Assembly: GCA_964035545.1 (NCBI GenBank) | Contig: OZ037772.1 | Span: forward strand, 9,789,150 to 9,853,149 | DNA: 64,000 nucleotides | Source of the DNA: Bugula neritina | Lineage: Eukaryota > Animalia > Bryozoa | Direction: 5' to 3' | Position numbers and translations under genes: made by a program | Notes under the pieces: generated by a model | What the model was told of the DNA's origin: nothing | Databases searched by the model: none | Seen by the model: only the letters and a program-made list of their open reading frames with translations | Shown: one piece after another, positions 37,201 through 51,686 of the stretch | Position numbering within the stretch: the first letter of the stretch is position 1 | Layout of the letters: each line of letters begins with the position of its first letter

Positions 37201-38692
37201 ACATACTTAAGTTAAATATTAAACAGTAAACTAATATAAACATATTGAATACAGAATATCAGCTTACCAGGTGATGGTACCTCCTCATCAGATGATGAGG
37301 AGCCTCCATAGACGTCCTCGAACCCGTCCAGCGGGTTACCAGTCTCAGAGGCTACAATATATATAAACGTGTTGTTTAATATAGAAAATATGGTGAATTT
37401 ATATTCACAACATCAAGCTACACTACTACGTTACCTTACATACTATTTCGCAATAGGTTTTTCCAGTGCCTGTTTAAATATGTGTATATTACTATAATAT
37501 TATAATAACACTTATATGAAGAAATTTGGTCATCTTTACCTACTAGCCAGAGTTTTGAACAAAATTTATATATCTGCAAAAGCCAATAACTTTGACTGAT
37601 AAAACCTAGTTCTGATTACAACATAAATTATTCATGTTTAATGATCTACATGAATTTATTAATATTTTTAAAAAAAATGTGTTTGACAATATTTTTGACT
37701 AGTGTTGGTGCAATAGGAATCAGCTTGGCTCGAAACCGCAATTATACACATCAAATTTTCAAAAGTATTGTCAATTAAAAAACTAGGAAGTTACCTGCAA
37801 TAGAATAATTTAATTATAAACTGAGTGTACTAGTAATAGTTCCATCATAACATTACCAACACACAAACAGCTCAATATGATGACTACACTATAAAAAGTT
37901 AACCTACCAGGTGCAGCTTCTGTCTCGGTCTCGTAGAGAGAGCAGACGAGACTAACCATCTCATCCAGTCCAGCAGGTTCTGCCTGGTCTACAATTAACA
38001 TACATTTACGTTACCAAACTTTAGAGATGTTTTTCTCTTGACAAATGAAAAGGAAAAAGTAGCTACAACTTGACACCAGAAAAGAAAGGAATCTCTAATG
38101 TTTGAATAGAATTCAAAGAAACTAAAAAAACAGCTCAGATGTTAAATTATAACAACACTGTCTCTGAAAGTTATATGAAGTTATTATCGAAAGATAATGT
38201 AAATTTTATCTTTGAGGTTGCTAACATAATTGCTATAACACATAGAAGATGCAAATGGATTCACTATACAATTTGCTTCCTAGTTAAGATTTACTCACCA
38301 ACAGCTGGTGCTGTTGCCAGAGGAGCAGCCTGTGGGGTGACTCTTGGAGAGGTCTCAGGTGTTTCAGGTGTTGAGGTCACCTGTGAGGTTGGGGGAGCAG
38401 CTTGCGTAGTGACCGTTGGTGGGGTGCACGGGGTGGCAGAGAATGTTTGGCTAGCCGGTGGAGCCGCTGGTGGAGCCGCTGGTGGAGCCGCTGGTGGAGC
38501 CGCTGGTGGAGCCGCTGGTGGAGCCGCTGGTGGAGCCGCTGGTGGAGCCGCTGGTGGAGCCGCTGGTGGAGCCGCTGGTGAGACCTGAGGTTGTGCTGCC
38601 TCAAACATGGCCGGGTCTGTAGTCTGAGACGGGGAAGCTGTCAAGGCCCGGCAGACCGTACTCCCACAACTATCTCCATGGGGACACTGCAT
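34277..38692 (-). CDS. Tail-anchored PPAA-repeat protein, copy 2 (divergent exon 8 and tail)
   Basis: Same nine exons with intact splice sites. Exon 8 (~34733-34555) is longer and different. Ends GNIGSAVVAATAVGVVAFAAYALYKRCQ*. Confidence 0.83.
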
Positions 38693-41205
38693 CTCCCAAA
38701 TAGAAGCTGGAAATAAATTTGACCAAAGATTATATAAGCAAATTATAATAGCAATTATTATTTTCTATGTTAAATCGCAATAAGAGGAAGTTCATTCTAA
38801 ACCAAAACTTCATGATATTCGCGCTTAGATTTCTTTAGTTACAGTTTTATGTGAAACTAATGGCTAGTGAAGTTATAAATATCTGCTTCAACAACACAAA
38901 AATCTGGAAATGGTAAATCGCAACATAAACAAATTGTTGAAGAGATAAAACACACTTTTATTCTGTACTTTCTGTCAAACAATTTAGCAAACTTAGATGA
39001 GATGAGAACCCTAAACTATATACTATGACATTTATCCTTTTGTACATCATAGCTTTTACAGTATTTACTAGTATCGTTATTACTAAAGTTTCAAACTATT
39101 TTCCTGTTTATGGTTGAAATTTTAGCTCTATATTGTTTCTTTTCCATAAAACAAAATTATGAACCCAAAAACTAGTTTAGGATTTCAACTACATCTAAAC
39201 TCACAAGATATATCTAAAGTTTGACCTATCATACTGGTATAGGTAAAAAACTAGAATGGAGGACATTGTTATAATTACCAAGTTTTTCACAGCTTGTGGA
39301 ATTAGTGTGTGTCCCTTGTTTATTACCCATATTTTAAATAGATATAGTTCTGATTTAAAGTCTAAGTGGAAATTTCAGTTTTAGTGTTCAGAAATTCATC
39401 AACAAATGATAATGTCATCTGATTGTTATGGTTTCACAGTCTTTGCTTGCAAAATTTCAGCATAGCTCAAATTTTTCATTTCACTGTACTTTATTATATA
39501 TACCTGGGCACGCAACTCCTCACTTTCAATAACTTTATTTTCAGTTTTCTCACATATTGCAAGCCTTTTACTAAGAAATTTTAATATTCAGCTTTTAATT
39601 GGAATATAGTCTTTTCTATACGTGAAAATAACTGAAACTTGCAACATTTTATAGCAAAATTCGCTGCTATTAAGTTGCCCCTTGAATAAAAAAATATTTT
39701 TGTATGAAAATAAAGCATAGCTATGACTTTTATAAAATTGTATTTTGAATACAGATTATTTCGTAGTGTTATACATGACTGTATGTTTTCCCTAGTTCAT
39801 CATCTCCATATCAAAAGATATCAAGTATAACAAGAAGTAAAAAATAAATTTAGTAAAAGAGAACTTTCTTAGAGTAATAAATTGATGTTTTGTGCTTAAT
39901 GTAAATATTTTTAGTATTTTCTGCTAAATTGGTATTGAAAACTATCTTCTCTATACAAAGTAGAATTGTAGTATCAGCAGTGAAACTGTATATAGTACTG
40001 ATGCCTATTTATTTAAACTATATCTTCATATTTATCTATAAAAGCTGTAGCCTGCAAGTTTGAATATTATTAGGTTTAATTTAAACTTTTTTTACAATTA
40101 GTGCTGAAATAAGTTTTACAAGACTATAAACTAAAAATAGATTACTTACAATTATTTTGTCAATGAAGTGAAAGTTATGGGCATCTTGATGTAAAAGAAA
40201 ACCATGGTTGAAGTGAAGAAAGTCAATTTTTTCTTCTATAATTTCTTTAACTGCACTGATTCATATCACAATACTGATAGCTAGCTTCCAGCAAGCTACT
40301 GCCTACAAGTTTATACCAAAAAGCTAGCTCCTGCTACAAATTTGTACCAAAAAGTTACCTCCTGCATGCTACTGAGGGTTAAAAGATAATTTTTATTTGC
40401 AGGAATATTGGGAAACATAAGAGAACGGCTCAAAAATAATAAATAATATAATATATCTGGACAGAGATGATCTGTGAGATTCTAATCAAATGTTTACTGT
40501 TTTCTTTTAAAGATCTATGCTTGCACAATACATGGGCACTAAGTTTTCTATTTAACAAACAAAAACTTTTGCATTTTTCCACCATGTCTAATATTCATTA
40601 GTTATATTTTTGATATTTTAATTTGCAAGAAACTTGTGTTACAGTTCGATAGGTATGTTTCTTAAGCAGCTGCATATTTACTTTTAGTAAACTTTATAAA
40701 CTTTTTTGCCAGTGCCAAAATGTGTTTATAGTCAAGGTTGCGCTCACACTGCAAACTCATGTAGAGACATAATGTGTTGAAAGATATAAACGGGAAAAAC
40801 TTATTTGTGTTATAGTTCTATGTTTCTTAAGCAGTTTAATTACATATTTACTTTTTTTTAAGAGTTATAAACGTTTCTGCCAGTGCTAAAATTACATAAC
40901 TTGTTCTTCTGTTTAACAATTTTTAAACAGAATTTTATTGAAGATAAAATTGCAACAGTTTTCAACTCACAACATGAAAGTAGATGAAGATAAGTATAAT
41001 AGCTGAAATAACAATACTCGTAGTAATAAAATCTTTTATATGAATGATGAAGCAGCTTAACAATTTGCAAATTCTAGCAATCAGTTTAAGTCAAATATGT
41101 GGGTTTCTCTTAGGGAAGCCAGCAAAACTGCTTTTAAGGTTTTGTCCAGCTGAGCGGCTATGTTGATTTGCCTGTGCTCCACGTTATAACCTGGAACTTG
41201 TAGAA

Positions 41206-41426
41206 CTTTTGAAGTAGTGTCAGTTATACTCAGTGTAGCTTGAAGTAGTGTCAGTTATACTCGGTGTAGTTTAAAGTAGTGTCAGTTATACTCCGTGTAG
41301 TTTGAAGTAGTGTAAATTATAATCAGTGTAATTTGAAGTAGTGTGAGTTATACTCAACGTAGTTAAAAGTAGTGTTAGTTATACGCAGTGTAGTTTAAAG
41401 TAGTGTCAGTTATACTCAGTGTAGCT
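41206..41426. repeat. 31-bp minisatellite, ~7 copies
   Basis: Same unit, more degenerate. Confidence 0.92.
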
Positions 41427-41509
41427 CGATAAGCAAAATTGTGGGAGCTGCCAAGTTAACCCTAAGCTTGCCATGTGTGAGAGCTGCCAGATGTTTGATC
41501 CTTTCAAGA

Positions 41510-42990
41510 GGAAAACGTGATGTCAACAGGTAGCTTGTTATTGGAATTAGGAAACTAGCGCAAAATTGTAATCGAGGTTGAATCTAACATATTGAGTGAT
41601 CATACTGGTTTTAAAGATAGTTGGCTGAAATAATCGGAATTCAAATATTTTAGAATTGCTGCGAGTATCTCCGATAACATTCTCATGGTCGTTGATTAGC
41701 AGTTAAAATGTTCAGTAGCATTCTATATCAGCCTTGTTTAATTGAAAAGTAGACAAGTTTTTTCTCTGAAAATGCTAAATTAGCAAAACTCAGGTAAAAC
41801 CTGAGTTTATTAGATGTGAGGCTTGCCAAACAGTTGATGCAGTTTTGGGTGAAGAAATCTTTGTGGCAACACCAAGCTTGCGGGCATAAGGAAACTGGCA
41901 CCAGGTCTTCAACCCAATACACGGACACAAATTGTCCCTTTGATGGTAGACTGTGAAGTTGAAAATAAAGTAGTGAGGGTGGGAGGGTTTCCCAATTCAA
42001 TCCAGAAAAAATCAATTGAAATTTGCCGTGGTTCTACTGAATTTTAATGTTTTATATATAACTGAGGGTTAACATACAGAAGGGCTGATCATAACAGATG
42101 GTATTGACCTAGCTTACACAATACTACTGGTTGAAATAGTGTCAAACGTTGTGTCACCAGTTTCCATTGTATTCATCAATTGGAAATCTCCAATCTTTTT
42201 GTTGTCAGACTAAATGGTATTGACAGGATACTACTTCTGCAGCTGTATCTAACATAACGAGTAGCAAGACTGGTGTTTGAGATGGTGAATTGAAGAGTAC
42301 TGAGTGCAAATATATCCCAAGTAATGAAAGCATCTTCAAACACAATTTTATGGTAGTTAGCGTAGACTGTCCAGGAGCATTCCATACATCTGGTTAAATT
42401 CTCTAAAGTAAACCAGTTTCCTCTGTAGAAGCACAGAATCAGCAAAACTCAGATATGTATTTCCCACTTGACCTCTTGTAGAAGAGAGCTCTGTGCTTGC
42501 TAGGGTTGAAAATGGAAACTCTAGGACTGACTGCAAATATTTTATAACAGCTTAACAATAATGCATTTTATTATTCTACAGTACAATATCATACATATTT
42601 TATCTAGAATATTACTAGTTTAAAGATAAAAAGAATTCTATGTTATAAATGATATAAAGTGAAGTACTTTTTAGTCCTTTTCAAACTTGATTGTTATAAC
42701 TAACATTCATTTAAATCAGTTGGCTCAAAATCAATGTTGCAAAACATATTAAAATATAAATAATAAATACTTGGCCTTCAACCTGACAGAAGCTAAACAC
42801 ATTCTTCTTTGTTTCATATGATGTATCAGTTACCCAGGAGAATGGCGATTTCAGAGTATTTCTGTATTGTTGATGTTACTCGCAGGAATGATCAGTACCA
42901 TGTGTAGACTCAGTTCTATGTGAGGTGAATCAGATTTGGAGCACACATATGACTTGTGCCACACTGAAGCATAATTGTTCTGTTGATTAG
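41510..42990 (+). pseudogene. NHL-gene pseudogene (unit 3)
   Basis: Copy of 20540-22010. Confidence 0.85.
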
Positions 42991-44766
42991 AGCTACTAAC
43001 TACGACAGTGTTTTAGGATTGGCTGATAAATCAGCATTTATATGAACTCTCATAGTAATGATCTTACTATATAGATGAGAGCCTTGCTAGAAGATTAATC
43101 TTGCTTTAGGACCGGCATTTTTCCTGCCAACAGACAGCTTGTAAGTGAAGGTAAGCTTTTCACCAAGGTGCCTAAGATCTAACTAGGGAGCCACTTGGTT
43201 GTTGGCACACAGCCTGTGAGCATTTGAAAAAAACACGTACATAACACCATGAAGTGGATGCAGAGCAGCCAACAGTGTGGCTAGAGCGATTGCAAAAACT
43301 TTGATTGCCAGTTTTGGAGGTTTTGGTAAAGCTCTTTGAGAAGCTGGTTTTTAAGAAGCCAGGGGAGATTGAGGTGCTGCTTGTAGAAAAACAATATAGG
43401 TATTTCCAATTGAGCAATCAGGTTTACTACTTTGTGCATGGTGTTCCTTTTAGTTCTAAACTGTCTCATTTTAGTTGAACCCGCAGAGTTTTGGGAAGCT
43501 GTCAAGTGAAATCTAATCTTACTGGGGTTGGAGACCAGATTTTGGCAGCACAGAGATACCTGAAGTTGTTAGAACACAGCCTGTGGGTATTGGAGAACAA
43601 CAAATAGGAGACTACTTTGAGATGAATTCAGAGTACACCAAAGATTTGAGGTGGCTGCATAGCAACTGACAGTTTAGCTGGAGTGACTGCAAAACTGCGA
43701 TTGCTGGTCATGCAGGGTTTGGTAAAACCTTTTGAGAAGCTGGGACAGATATGAATTGTCCACCCTGAGAGCAGGTACTTGTAGAAGAAATATATGAGTT
43801 TTTTCTGATATATCGGTTATCTTGACCCTTTTGTGTCCCTTTTGATCCGGAGTTGCCTCAGCAAAAGACATGTGGTTCAAAGAAGCAGTTATTATCACTT
43901 CAATTATTTATGTGATATATTACTCATTGTTGGTCACAGAGGTTAGTGAAGAGCTGTCCCGAGAGCAAGGGAAGTCTGAGATCACAGAGTTACAGAGAAA
44001 CTACCTTGACTGACATCACCAATGATCCTGTCAAGCTGACGCAATGCACAGAATAGTACATTAGTTCCATGCTACAACTTGTTGGTAAACGAAGCTGACT
44101 GCATGGTGAGAGAGATGAGAACTACTGATGTTAATGTAGTTGTGTCAAGAAAGAGAGTGCTTAGAAGATGCTGGTAAACTACCAGTCGAGTGTGAGCTGT
44201 GACAGCATATCCGAGTTTAAAACGCCAAGAACAAAGCTGGCTGCATGACCAGGGAGAGATGAGAACTACTGATGTGACTGCATCCGTAGCACTGGCTAGA
44301 CACTAATTGAGGAGATGCCTTTTGAGGTATTTGGCTTCTCGAGATGTGTGGCCATGTAAAACTACAAAAAGTCAAAAACAACATTTTTCTGCACATGTAC
44401 ATATATCCACCAAACAGAGCATAGCACTTTATAGAACATGATGCCAGGCAGGTAATAGAAGTGTCAGCTTTACTTATTATATAGATGTCAGTTGCTAGCA
44501 GAAAGAATAATAGCAACGATAAATGAAGATGATGTTTGTCTCATTGAGCCTAATGATTGTAAGCAACTCTTTTGTTGCCCAATTACCATGATACCTTTAC
44601 TATCAATCCATTTTAAAGGCATGCAACTTAAATTTGTTTTTCTCTTAACCATTTACAACTTCTCACTACTCAATTTGTTGTGGCTGCAAGAATCTATTTA
44701 TCTTTGCTTTACAAGGAAGTGAAAGCCTGCAAAATTAACTTACCTCTGTCTTAGCACCATACGGTG

Positions 44767-47700
44767 TTACTGGCACCTTTTATGGATAACATAGGCTGCA
44801 AACGCAACCACACCCACCGCAGTCGCTGCCACCACAGCGCTGCCTATGTTGCTCTACAACAGATAGCAATCAGCATCAATACAATATGTTACATTGTATG
44901 GCTTTGTCCTTCTGAAGAAGCATTCAGATAAATCTACATATTGGGAATAGAACCTGGTTCAAATGATGAGAAGCATTGCTTTGTCCTAATAAAAGAGCTT
45001 TAAATATTTTTATAACTACAGTCTTACACTGTGCTGCTCTGCCTGCTGTTGCTGATGCCGTTCTTCACACGCTGCCTCTACAGCCGTGACATTAGACTCT
45101 AAGTCATGTTCACTCTCACCCTCACCACTGTTTCCTCCAACAGACCCAGAGATCTCACCATCCACACCTATATTGAAATGTATGTAATTTATGTTAATTT
45201 TCATAACATTAGCTTAGCTACTATATCTGTTCTGTAGCTTATACACTGTTTTAAAGAAAAGTTTAATTCCCTGTTGTAAAGCTTTTATTGCTTGATTTGA
45301 ATAATTCATTAACGTAATATGTAGCAACTGATCTACTTATAATCTATCATCAATTTATAAGTACTTGTCTTGCGTTATTCTAACTTTTCTCAGTTTGTCT
45401 TTTTGATACATTATCTTCAACACGAACTACATATATACTAAAAGAAAATATTATAGTTACCAATACCTTGCGCAGGGGCTTGTAGCGCCCTCACCCCTGG
45501 CTCCCCACGGCTGCGAGAAATTGCGAGCTGTTGCTCGCGTAGAGCCCTTGCGGCTAGGCCATTGCCTAAAGTTTTAATAAAATGTGAGTGTTTTCCTAAA
45601 TATGTCAGGAATGTACAAAATTATTTGTGGACTTCTGCAGCTCTTAACTCTTTTACAAGTCCAAACTCAATAAGACAGAAAATTTACTTAAAACATTCCC
45701 AATATCATGCAAGAATGGTCAAGTATGTCTATGTATAGTAAGTATCCATTAACAACTCTGTGCTTTCAGCATTTCAATCTGTCTATAAATGCAGTGAAAC
45801 CTTCAACTCAAATATCTAGACACTACTAATATAATCAGCAAGCAAACGTAAACAAATACCAAAACTAGCTAATTATATAATGTGCCATAAAGCGTAATCA
45901 AATTTTTTGTAAAAGTTTAATATGTACTATTTTAAAGTTTCAAGTTGAAATTAGGTTACCTAGATGTCTGTTGTAAGTTATGGACAGTGAAGAATATGAA
46001 ATATAGATAAAAAATTTTGGTGTTTCACTGCATCGATGATGAAAGCATTAGTTTAAAATTTGATTATGACAGGTACTCTTGGAAAGTAAAAATAAAGGCG
46101 CTGACAAGTTTTCAGTTTCAGGTATATGTTTTAGCATATTTGAGTTCCATGAATAGAGTTATAATTGTTTATTAAAAACTTTAAATTTTTTCAAGTAGTA
46201 AGACCTTTCTTTCAAGTCACTATTTACATAAATTTCTTAAAAGTTCAGAAGTAACTTTGTGGATAAATTTCTAAAACACTCACCAGATGCAGCCGTGGGG
46301 TCCGGCACAATCAACCCATTGCCACCAGAAACCTCTACCCTGAAAACCCGGTAGAGAGCAGAGGCGCAACCGGGCTCAAGAGTCACCGTGGATGGATACT
46401 AAAATTGACAGAAAGTCCTCTTTGAGCACAAACAAAACACATTTGTATGCAAGAATCTGTATTTACATAAAGGTCAAATTCATGCACAACAACTCATCAT
46501 GGATTTAAATAATGTAACAAAAAGTTGCCTTAGCCTGTTTGAATAGAAAAATGACTCAGGATATTCATGAAGGTTTATAAATATAGGCCTACTTTATTCA
46601 AAGACTATAGTATTTGAATATCTGTAACACTTACGAAAGCCTCAATCTGCTCGCAGACTTCGGCTACCTCCTCTCCACCGACTGGGAGCAACAGAGCTAA
46701 ATATCATTAAAAATTGATTTTAGGTTAACACAATAGATAATATGTGCGTTAAAAACTATGGCTGTGAACAGAATCAATGTGTGTAAAAACTGATGTATTT
46801 ACATGTGTATAAACTATTTTGTTTTGAGTCTCAATTTGAGTATAAATTTAAGAGTTGTGTCAAACACATTTATGGTAATTATCGTTACGAGATTTTTCCT
46901 AGAGGTATGGTCATACTTAGGGCTACAAATAAATAAATCAAACACGATGTCATTGTTTCTAGTTCCAAATGATTTCAAAAATTAACTGTTGGACTGCAAT
47001 GCTAGAATTTGAACATAAGTAATAGATTTTCTAGCCAACATTTGAACAGATTCGAGTTTACTGCGAAAGAAAAGTCACGCTATACAGACATACAAACATG
47101 ATGCAAACAGCCACCCTTCATGTTATTAGAACCACAAGTTACTGCTAACAGCCAACACAAATTACATAATATAATCATACTGATTATGTAACATAAACCA
47201 ACCTGGGGCAGGTTCTTCCTCTTCAGATGAGGAACTCAGATCCATGAGATCCATGAACCTGTCCAGCTCTGTCTGGGGCTCACGAGGACGCGCTGTAATT
47301 AAACATAATATATTATAGTTTCATAAATATCATATAATGTCAATGTTACTGCAACATTTAGCTGCACAACCACAGAAACATGTTTTGCATCGTTAACTTT
47401 GAGTAGCATTATATTATAAAACATCAGCTATAGTATATAGTAATATTTGTCTAAGTATTTGCTAAGGGCACTTTCTGACTATTAATAATGTTTAGGTGAA
47501 TTCATTAACCAAACTATGTTTAATAACAGAGACAATACAGCATTTAACAAAAAGCTAAATTGTACAAAATGAAAACTTTCTAGAATCTTTACTTAGTGAG
47601 CTATATTATGTAGCAGCTCTGTAATTGGTCAGTTTGTTTACGAAACTTGAGTTGCACAATAACTAGAAAGATAAGTCCATCATATGTACACATACAAGTT

Positions 47701-49277
47701 ACATATTAAACAGTCAACTAATATAAACATATTGAGTACAGAATATCAGCTTACCAGGTGATGGTACCTCCTCATCAGATGATGAGGAGCCTCCATAGAC
47801 GTCCTCGAACCTGTCCAGCGGGTTACCAGTCTCAGAGGCTACAATATATATAAACTTGTTGTTTAATATTCAAAATATAATGAATATATATTCACCATAT
47901 CAATCTTATACACCACTACTGGGCTGTACAAACTATTCTACAATTTGTTTTTTTGTGCATGATTAAATACAGGTATAATATCATATATCTAAATATAATA
48001 TATATAATTCTAAATGTGACATATGTTATATTATATAAATGAAATTAATATGAGGAATATGCGTCATCTTTCCCTATACCAACCAAGGCTTTAAACAAAA
48101 TGCATATATGTGAAAGTCAAAAACTTTGACTGATTAAACCTAGGTCTGCATGATTACAACATAAATTATTTTTGCTGAATAATCTATATGAGTTTATTGC
48201 TATCTGTATGACAATATTTGTGAATAATGTTGGTAATAGGAGTCCGCTTTACTAAAAAATGTGATTATATGCATAAAGTTTTGAAAATATTGTTATTTTG
48301 AAAACTAGAAAGTGAGCTGCAATAACTGTTATCCCTTAGAATATTTTAACTATAAACTGAGTGTACTAGTACTAGTACCACCATATAACATTACCAACAC
48401 ACAAACAGCTCAATATGATGACTATTCTATGAAAAGTTAACCTACCAGGTGCAGCTTCTGTCTCGGTCTCGTAGAGAGAGCAGACGAGACTAACCATCTC
48501 ATCCAGTCCAGCAGGTTCTGCGTCATCTGCAATTAACATACATTTATGTTACCAAACTTTAGAGATGTTTTTCTCTTGACAAAGGAAAAGGAAAAAGTAG
48601 CTACAACTTGACACCAGAAAAGAAGGAATCTCTAATGTTTGAATAGAGTTCAAAGAAACTAAGAAATCAGCTCAGATGTTAAATTATAACAACACTGTCT
48701 CTGAAAGTTATATGAAGTTATTATCGGAAGATAGTGTGAATTTTATCCTTGAGGCTGGTAACGTAATTTATATAACACATAGAAGATTGAAATAGATTTA
48801 TTATACAAGTTGCTTCCTATTTAGGATTTACTCACCAACAGCTGTTGCTGTTGCCGGAGGAGCAGCCTGTGGGGTGACTCTTGGAGAGGTCGCAGGTGTT
48901 TCAGGTGTTGAGGTCACCTGTGAGGTTGGGGGAGCAGCTTGCGTAGTGACCGTTGGTGGGGTGCACGGGGTGGCAGAGAGTGTTTGGCTAGCCGGTGGAG
49001 CCGCTGGTGGAGCCGCTGGTGGAGCCGCTGGTGGAGCCGCTGGTGGAGCCGCTGGTGGAGCCGCCGGTGGAGCCGCCGGTGGAGCCGCCGGTGGAGCCGC
49101 TGGTGGAGCCGCTGGTGGAGCCGCTGGTGGAGCCGCTGGTGGAGCCGCTGGTGGAGCCGCTGGTGGGACCTGAGGTTGTGCTGCCTCAAGCATGGCCGGG
49201 TCTGTGGTCTGAGAAGGGGAAGCTGCCAAGGCCCGGCAGACCGTACTCCCGCAGCTATCTCCATGGGGACACTGCAT
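44767..49277 (-). CDS. Tail-anchored PPAA-repeat protein, copy 3
   Basis: Same nine exons. Ends SNIGSAVVAATAVGVVAFAAYVIHKRCQ*. Confidence 0.83.
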
Positions 49278-51686
49278 CTCCCAAATGGAAGCTGCAATTA
49301 AATTTGACCAAAGATTATATAAGCAAATTATAATAGCAATTATTATTTTCTATGTTAAATCGCAATGAGAGGAAGTTCATTCTAAACCAAAACTTCATGA
49401 TATTCGCGCTTAGATTTCTTTAGTTACAGTTTTATGTGAAACTCTTTGCTAGTGAAGTTATGAATATTTGCTTTAACAACACACAAATCTGGAAATGTTT
49501 AATGTCAACATAAAAAAATTGTCAAAAAAATAAAACACACTTTTATTCTGTACTTTCTGTCAAACAATTTAGCAAACTTAGATGAGATGAGAACCCTAAA
49601 CTATATACTATGACATTTATCCTATTGTATATCATAGCTTTTACAATATTTACTAGTATATTGTTATTACCAAAGTTTCAAACTATTTTCCTGTTTATGA
49701 TTGAAATTCTAGTGTAGCTTTATATTATTTCTTTTCCATATAACAAAAATATGAACCCAAAAACTAGTTTAGGATTTCAACTACATCTAAACTCACAAGA
49801 TATATCTAAATTTTGACCTATCATACTGGTATGGTTAAAAAACTAGAATGGAGGACATTGTTATAATTACCAAGTTTTTCACAGCTTGTGGTAGTTTGTG
49901 TTGCTTGTGTATTGCCCATGTTTCAAATAGATATAGTTCTGATTTAGTGTCTAAGTGGAAATTTTCGTTTCAATGTTCAGAAATTCATCAACAAATGATA
50001 ATGTCATCTGATTGTTATGGTTTCACAGTTTTTGCTTGCAAAATTTCAGCATAGCTCAAATTCTTCATTACATTGTACTTTATTATTTATACCTGGGCAC
50101 GCAACTCCTCACGTTAAATAACTTTAGTTTCAGTTTTCTCACATGCAAGCCTTTTACTAAGAATTTTCAATATTCAGCTTTTAATTGGACTATAGTCTTT
50201 TTTATACGTGAAAATAACTGAAACTTGCATCATTTGATAGAAAAATTCGCTGTTATTAACTTGCCCTTTGACTAGAAAAAATATTTTTATATGAGATTAA
50301 AGCATAGCTATGGCTTTATTAAGATTGTAGTTTGAACATAGGTTAAGTTGTAGTATTATACATGACTGCATGTTTTCCCTATTTCATCATTTTTATATCA
50401 AAAAATATCAAGTATAAAAAGAAGTATAAAAAAATAAATGTAGTAAAAGAAAACTTTCTTAGAGTAATAAATTAGTGTTTTGTGTTTAATGGAAATATTT
50501 TTAGTATTTTCTGCTAATTTTTTATTGGAATTTCCTTCTCTATACAAAGTAGAATTGTAGTATCAGCAGTGAGACTGTATATAGTACTGATGCCTATTTA
50601 TTTAAACACAGACCTTTCTTGATTTGTCTCTAATTTCTGTTAATTAGGTTAAAAGTATAAAATATCTTTATATTTATCTATAAAAGCTGTAGCCTGCAAG
50701 TTTAAATATAACTAGGTTCAATTTAAACTTATTTAACTATCAGATGCTGAAATAAGTTTTACAAAACTATAAACTAAAAATAGATTACTTACAATTATTT
50801 TGTCAATGAAGTAAAAGCTATATGTACATTCTGAAGTAAGCGAAAACTATGGTTGAAGTGAAGAAAGCTATTTTTTTTCTTTTGCTGCATGCACACTGAT
50901 TCATATCACAATATTGATAGCTAGCATTCAACAAGCTACTGCCTACAAGTTTGTACCGAAAAGCTACCTCCTGCATGCTATTATAAGAGTTAAAAGATAA
51001 TTTTTGTTTGCAGGAATATTGGGGAACATAAGAGAATGGCTTCAAAAATAATAGATAATATAATATATCTGGACAATATGATGATCTATAAGATTTTATA
51101 AATCAAATGTTTAAGTTTGCATACCTGCTTTTTTTGCTCTAGTCCAATTTATTGATAAATTATTTATTATATACTATTGTTCCATTCCTTGTTTTTCTAC
51201 AGCCTGAAAGAATATTTACATTTTACTTGCTTTATGCAGGGATCTATTTAATTTAAATTTTTTTAATGGTTGTGTTCAAAATTGCAAAATAAAGTTGCAC
51301 TTCATCATATATAATAAACTTACTTTGTATTCTTTATATAATTTATTTTGTCATAATTATTATTGCAGAAAAAAAAGCACATTGCATAATATATAATGTA
51401 ATGATATAATATCATTGTATAACATAATATCTTAGATAATTACACAAATTTATATATCTACTCAAAATATTAAATAAACTTATAAATTAAGATGCTTTGT
51501 TTATATCAACAGAATCAGAATTAGTGATAGTATTTTCATTATTAGTTTGAAGTTGCTCTCCCTTTTTTAGCTACTTTTTTCCATTGTGAAATATAGCACT
51601 AGACATTATAGAGATATGCTCTGATAAAATGTGTGAATATAAGGGTTAGGCAGCATTTTTGTGTTGGAATCTCAGTAGAGTACAAC

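Larger units (their letters stand above)
30118..40744. repeat. Segmental tandem duplication, unit 2 (~10.6 kb)
   Basis: Near-identical ORF translations and introns compared with units 1 and 3. Confidence 0.92.
40745..51110. repeat. Segmental tandem duplication, unit 3 (~10.4 kb)
   Basis: Colinear with unit 2 up to aatcaaatgttta (~51110 vs ~40495). Confidence 0.9.
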
